Shown: piece after piece, positions 60,701 through 64,000 of the stretch
Layout of the letters: the number at the start of each line of letters is the position of its first letter
Position numbering within the stretch: position 1 is the stretch's first letter
Origin: an uncultured Spirochaetota bacterium
GTDB lineage: Bacteria; Spirochaetota; UBA4802; UBA5550
Length of the DNA stretch: 64,000 nt
NCBI GenBank assembly: GCA_963827275.1
Contig: CAWHAA010000008.1
Span: 160,001 to 224,000 of the forward strand
Reading direction: 5' to 3'
The notes under the pieces: model-generated
Seen by the model: only the letters and a program-made list of their open reading frames with translations
The model's database searches: none
Told to the model about the DNA's origin: nothing
Program-made: the position numbers and the translations under genes

Positions 60701-61178
60701 TCTCAAGTAAAAACAGGTCGATGCCGCCGTCAAGGAGGCCCTGCGCCGCCGGCAGGTATGATTCGTACAGATCATCGAAACCGGCGTGGCCGAGGGAGGG
60801 GAGCTTGGAGCCCGGGCCGAGGGACCCGGCCACGAAGCAGCGCCGGTCCCTCACTTCCGCCACTGCTTCGCGTGCTATCCGCGCGGCGGCGCTGCACAGG
60901 ACGCGCGTCTGGCCGTCCATCCCGTACTCGGCAAGGACGATCGCGTTCGCGCCGAAGGTATTGGTCTCAATTACATCCGCCCCGGCGTCGAGATAGGAGC
61001 GGTGGATGTTTTGTATGATGCCGGGTGCCGTGAGGTTCAGGGCCTCGTTGCAGCCGGTCCTGCCGCCCCAGTCCGTATCGGTGAGCGGGAGCTTCTGTAT
61101 CTCGGTGCCGATGGCCCCGTCGAACAGGAGCAGTGACCGCTCTTTCAGGCAGGCGAGAAAATCTGGTCCGTCGGTCAT
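57792..61178 (-). CDS. metH: Cobalamin-dependent methionine synthase
   Basis: DGAIGT, INCATGP, GGCCGT, GERANTNGSKQF, INSINLEDG, GDVHDIGKNLV, SGLL, RYSFGYPPCPD. Confidence 0.93.
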   Translation of the reverse strand: MTDGPDFLACLKERSLLLFDGAIGTEIQKLPLTDTDWGGRTGCNEALNLTAPGIIQNIHRSYLDAGADVIETNTFGANAIVLAEYGMDGQTRVLCSAAARIAREAVAEVRDRRCFVAGSLGPGSKLPSLGHAGFDDLYESYLPAAQGLLDGGIDLFLLETCQDPLQIKACLCAVRDAMATHGTRLPVAVSVTVEATGTLLVGTEPQAAAAILSALSVDIIGINCATGPRQMALHVRELCRSFPGPVLVMPNAGLPESVNGALVYTMSPDEFASDLRNFVVQDGVSLAGGCCGTGPSHIAALKKALAGAAPAARSAAPVPGVASLYRFQELRQEPAPFFVGERANTNGSKQFRERLLADDWEGMVEVGRSQVDSGAHAVDLCVAYAGRDELADMGTLVPQFALRVPLPLVIDSTSPRVIEAALKRYGGRAVINSINLEDGGARAREVCGLARRYGAAVIALTIDEQGMAPTAEKKLSVARRLYGLAVEEAGLRPEDIIFDPLTFTLGSGDGSLKNAAKETLAAIGRIKKELPGVFTLLGLSNVSFGLAPRARAVLNSVFLHRAVAAGLDLAIVNVAQIVPVSRIDTADTKRAMDLIDNAGAGDPLLGFIRHFEAAGGGAAVEEAAAEESLTAEELLRRRVINGSRAGLDTLLDDLRKTMSPADIINAVLVPAMKRVGELFGSGAMQLPFVLQSAEVMKKSVDLLAPFMDRVASAKQTSIVLATVKGDVHDIGKNLVDIILSNNGFRVYNLGIRADIETIIGAAREHGADAIGMSGLLVKSTQVMKENLEFMKAEGMDIPVLLGGAALTRRFVAESCAPLLDSPVVYCEDAFRGLQAMALLKEGKLADYAEAERVRYSSRARRVPADTREEADGLRPPPSIPGPPFTGSRVLDSLSPESLFPLLDETVLFKARWGFRRGALPVNEFDSLITREVRPALTRMKKRLLSDRVLAPRAVYGYWPCVSEGESLILFDPDDPGTRVARFHFPRQKKAPRRSIADYFLPNGGGTADVIALQAVTIGPGLDALVHGLYDMGEYRDYLFYHGLGVELAEALAELVSGMIRKELGLADRGLRYSFGYPPCPDMGDNETLLGLVGAGRIGIETVESGGMVPEQSTSAFFVHHPQAGYFTV

Positions 61179-61182
61179 GGCG

Positions 61183-63003
61183 CTATCCCTCCAGGACATT
61201 GAGGGCGTGCTGGACCCGGCCGAAGGGGGCGGATATCTGTGCTCCCTGGATCATACCGCGCATATCTTTAAGGAGCTCCCGCGCGATCTGTATCCCTTCC
61301 TTCACCGCCTCCGCGCCTGTGCCGGCGCCGCGCATCCGGTCGAGGATCGATTGGGGGACGATGACCCCGGGCACTTCGTTGTTCATGAATTCCGCGTTTT
61401 TGAATGAAACGAGCGGCCACAGCCCTGCCAGGAGCGGGATGCCGATGCCCTGGATGCGCGTGATGAACGCCTCGAACTGGACAATGTCGAAGACCGGCTG
61501 GGTGATGATGAATTCAGCCCCCGCGTCCTTCTTGCGGAAGAGCCGGTCGATTTCGCGCTCCTGGTCCTCGAAGCCGGGGTTCGCGCCCACGCCGATGCAG
61601 AAGGAGGTGGGTTTTCCGATCGGGTTCCCGCCGATGTCATGGCCGTGGTTCAGCCCGTTCACCACCCGGGTGAGCCCGATCGAGTCGAGATCGAACACGG
61701 CGGTGGCGTCCGGGTAATCGCCGAGCTTCGGCGGATCGCCGGTGATGATCAGCACGTTGCGGAGCCCCGCCGCCTGGGCGCCCAGGAAATCGGACTGCAT
61801 CCCGATGATGTTCCGGTCGCGGCAGGTGTAGTGGAGCACGGTCTCAATCCCCGCCTCACGCTCGAGCAGTATGGCCAGCGGCATGGGAGCCAGGCGCGCC
61901 GAGGCGCGCGGTCCGTCAGGGATGTTGACCGCGTCGATGCCGTTTGTCTTCAGGAGCTTCGCCGATTCGATGACCGCCGACGCGTCGCAGCCGCGCGGCG
62001 GGGTGATCTCGACAGAGGTGACGAATTCGCCGCGGGCGAGCTTCGCGGCGAAGCGCGACTTCTCGCCCAGGGGCACGGGTTCCACCTCGTTCCGCGGCGC
62101 GGCGGTCACCGCCGCGGCCTCCCGCTTTTCCGGGAACCGCGACTTGATGGCCTGCTTCATCGCCCGGATATGCCTCGGCGTGGTGCCGCAGCAGCCGCCG
62201 ATGATGTTCGCGCCGTTGCCGAGGAACTGGGCCGCGTATTCGGACAGGTATTCAGGTGTAGTCATGTAGATGTTGCGTCCGCCCACGTGGCGGGGATAGC
62301 CCGCGTTCGGCTGGACCGATATCGGCCTGTCCGTGAGGCGCGTCAGCTTTTTCAATAAATCGAGCATGGGGGCGGGGCCGACGGTGCAGTTGAGGCCGAT
62401 GACATCAACGCCGGTGCCGTTCAGGTATGCGACGGCCCGCTCCATCGTGGTGCCGTAATCGGTGCGCCCCTCCTCGTTGACCGCGAGCTGAAAGATGACC
62501 GGGAGTTTTTTCTCTGCAAGGACCGCGCCGGCCGCGGCCTCGATCATCTCCATCTGGCCGAACGTTTCCAGGATGAGCAGGTCCACGCCCCCCTCAATCA
62601 GCGCCTCGGCCTGTTCGCGGTAGGCGTGCTCAGCGTCGGGACGGCTCACGGCGCCGAGCGGCTCCACGTTGGTGGAAAGGGGGCCGATCGACCCTGCGAC
62701 CAGGAGGCCGGGCCCCGCGGCGCGGGCGATGCGCGCGCCGGCGATGTTGATATCGCGTATTTTTTCCGCCAGGGCGTACTTGGCCAGGTTGATCCTGTTC
62801 GCGCCGAAGGTATTGGTCTCGAGGACGTCGCACCCGGCCTTGGCGTACTCCGCGTGGATGCTTTCAATCATCCGCGGCTGGGTGAGGTTCAGGTTGTCAA
62901 AGCACTGGTTGATATAGACGCCCTTGTCGTAGATAATCGACCCCATGGCGCCGTCAAAGAGGACCGCCCTGCCTTCCGCGAGCATTGATAAAAATGGATG
63001 CAT
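61183..63003 (-). CDS. Bifunctional homocysteine S-methyltransferase / methylenetetrahydrofolate reductase (YitJ-like)
   Basis: DGAMG, LNCTVGP, GGCCGTTP; then VEITPP, HYTCRDRN, TGDPP, KKDAGAEFIITQP. Confidence 0.9.
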   Translation of the reverse strand: MHPFLSMLAEGRAVLFDGAMGSIIYDKGVYINQCFDNLNLTQPRMIESIHAEYAKAGCDVLETNTFGANRINLAKYALAEKIRDINIAGARIARAAGPGLLVAGSIGPLSTNVEPLGAVSRPDAEHAYREQAEALIEGGVDLLILETFGQMEMIEAAAGAVLAEKKLPVIFQLAVNEEGRTDYGTTMERAVAYLNGTGVDVIGLNCTVGPAPMLDLLKKLTRLTDRPISVQPNAGYPRHVGGRNIYMTTPEYLSEYAAQFLGNGANIIGGCCGTTPRHIRAMKQAIKSRFPEKREAAAVTAAPRNEVEPVPLGEKSRFAAKLARGEFVTSVEITPPRGCDASAVIESAKLLKTNGIDAVNIPDGPRASARLAPMPLAILLEREAGIETVLHYTCRDRNIIGMQSDFLGAQAAGLRNVLIITGDPPKLGDYPDATAVFDLDSIGLTRVVNGLNHGHDIGGNPIGKPTSFCIGVGANPGFEDQEREIDRLFRKKDAGAEFIITQPVFDIVQFEAFITRIQGIGIPLLAGLWPLVSFKNAEFMNNEVPGVIVPQSILDRMRGAGTGAEAVKEGIQIARELLKDMRGMIQGAQISAPFGRVQHALNVLEG

Positions 63004-63147
63004 GGTATGATTCCTTTATTGGTAACGCGGCCTGCTTCCCGATAGAGTGATATTCCGCACAGGCCAAACGATATGTCAAGAAACTAACCGGCCCTGGAAT
63101 GTGAATGGGCGTTTGTTCGTAACGCGATCCTGACAGTCAGAGGCAAT

Positions 63148-63179
63148 AAAAAAAACGGCTGAAAATCCAGCCGTTTTTT
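63148..63179 (-). terminator. Intrinsic terminator after the DUF2147 gene
   Basis: A-run, CGGCTG-AAAATC-CAGCCG, T-run; U-tracts on both strands. Confidence 0.8.
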
Positions 63180-63205
63180 GCACTATGCCGCAGAATGCCG
63201 CTTAT

Positions 63206-63667
63206 TTATTTGACGCGGTACCACTTCTGCGTCCGGTAAAAGAACGCGAGATACCCGCGGACGGTCAGGGTGTCGCCCTTGACCCAGATTTTGCAGGTGT
63301 AGAATTTGCCGTTGTCCGGGTCCATGATTTTTCCGCCCGCGTATTCTTCGCCGAATTTTTTATCGACCTTGCCGGTTTTTTTCATATTTGAGAATATGAA
63401 CATGCCGACCACCGGCTTGTTGTACAGGTCGCCCTTGCATTTATCGCAGAGGGTGTCCTGCGGTTTCAGCAGGAGCTTGACGATCTTGGCGGAATAAACG
63501 CCATTGGTTTCAGCTATTACCAGGTGGGATTTTGCCTTCCCCTTGTCAGCTCCTTCATCGGCGATTGTTTTCCATGTGCCGGCCAGGACCTCCGCGGCCC
63601 GGACGTTCAGGTTCATCACCGCGACGGCGGCGATCATGATTATTGCGACAGCAAAAAGCTTTTTCAT
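63206..63667 (-). CDS. DUF2147 family secreted protein
   Basis: Signal peptide; GTWKT, CDKCKG, GKIMDPDNGKFYTC, VRGY...RTQKW. Confidence 0.88.
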   Translation of the reverse strand: MKKLFAVAIIMIAAVAVMNLNVRAAEVLAGTWKTIADEGADKGKAKSHLVIAETNGVYSAKIVKLLLKPQDTLCDKCKGDLYNKPVVGMFIFSNMKKTGKVDKKFGEEYAGGKIMDPDNGKFYTCKIWVKGDTLTVRGYLAFFYRTQKWYRVK

Positions 63668-63765
63668 ACGTTGTTTCCTCCTTCTGGTATATTAGGGTGG
63701 ATGCTATAATATAACTGACGCGGTGTCAAGTTTCTTCCCTCCGCGATACGACGGGCGTGTGCCCG

Positions 63766-64000
63766 TTATTTTACACGGGTCCAGATTTCCGACCTGCCGA
63801 AGAGCGGGATGCCGACAAAGCCCTTGACGTTCAGCTTGTCGTCGCTCTTGAGCCACATTTTGCATTTGTAGGTGTTTCCCGTGTCGGGATCGTAGATCTG
63901 CCCCCCGATCCATTGGTTGTTCTTAAAGGTAAATCCCCACAGCATCCTCATCCCGAGTATCTTGTTCTTTCGTTTTTCCGGGTCAGGATTTTTTGTGTCC
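63766..64000 (-). CDS. DUF2147 family protein, 5' end outside the window
   Basis: DTKNPDPEKR..ILG, GQIYDPDTGNTYKC, KGFVGIPLFGRSEIWTR. Confidence 0.85.
   Translation of the reverse strand, partial: DTKNPDPEKRKNKILGMRMLWGFTFKNNQWIGGQIYDPDTGNTYKCKMWLKSDDKLNVKGFVGIPLFGRSEIWTRVK

Noticed and set aside
63004..63147. SAM-I riboswitch upstream of the methionine genes
   Set aside because: No ATC..GAG...GAGGGA...GCAACC...GTGC pattern visible on the minus strand
1..64000. Selenoprotein with in-frame UGA
   Set aside because: Recognised TGA-ending genes appear full length and none shows a Cys-equivalent UGA by eye; a bSECIS scan would be needed to exclude small ones

Overview
A 64 kb bacterial chromosome segment, mostly GC-rich housekeeping and metabolic genes with several AT-richer patches. 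Gene content (spirochaete-style lipoboxes, extended ComFB, 7TM-DISM regulator, DUF2147 pair) suggests an anaerobic Spirochaetota-like organism; this taxonomy is inference only. In order: a broken IS91-family rolling-circle transposase beside a headless AT-rich ORF; lysS; a MORN-repeat protein; a CmpB/TMEM229-HD fusion; a YbaK-type editor; a core (MesB-like) methionine synthase; a lon-comFB-nitroreductase-pepF operon divergent from a class I adenylate cyclase; a decayed mscS/nhaP pair; a 7TM-DISM-GAF-AraC regulator; PTS IIA and leuS; a TetR-led Lol/MacB-like ABC operon; larE-larB-larC-cobO with two paralogous envelope proteins; an ECF sigma cassette; a B12 radical SAM gene with an unannotated 24-aa upstream peptide; selC-selA-selB-coaX (tRNA-Sec with a 7-bp acceptor stem and bulged A); metH with a yitJ-like gene; two DUF2147 genes. 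Single-base frameshifts in lysS and leuS point to assembly indel errors, so pseudogene and 1-nt structural calls need read-level checks. No CRISPR array, rRNA, prophage or recognisable defence system was seen. All family calls are by motif recognition; no database search was run.
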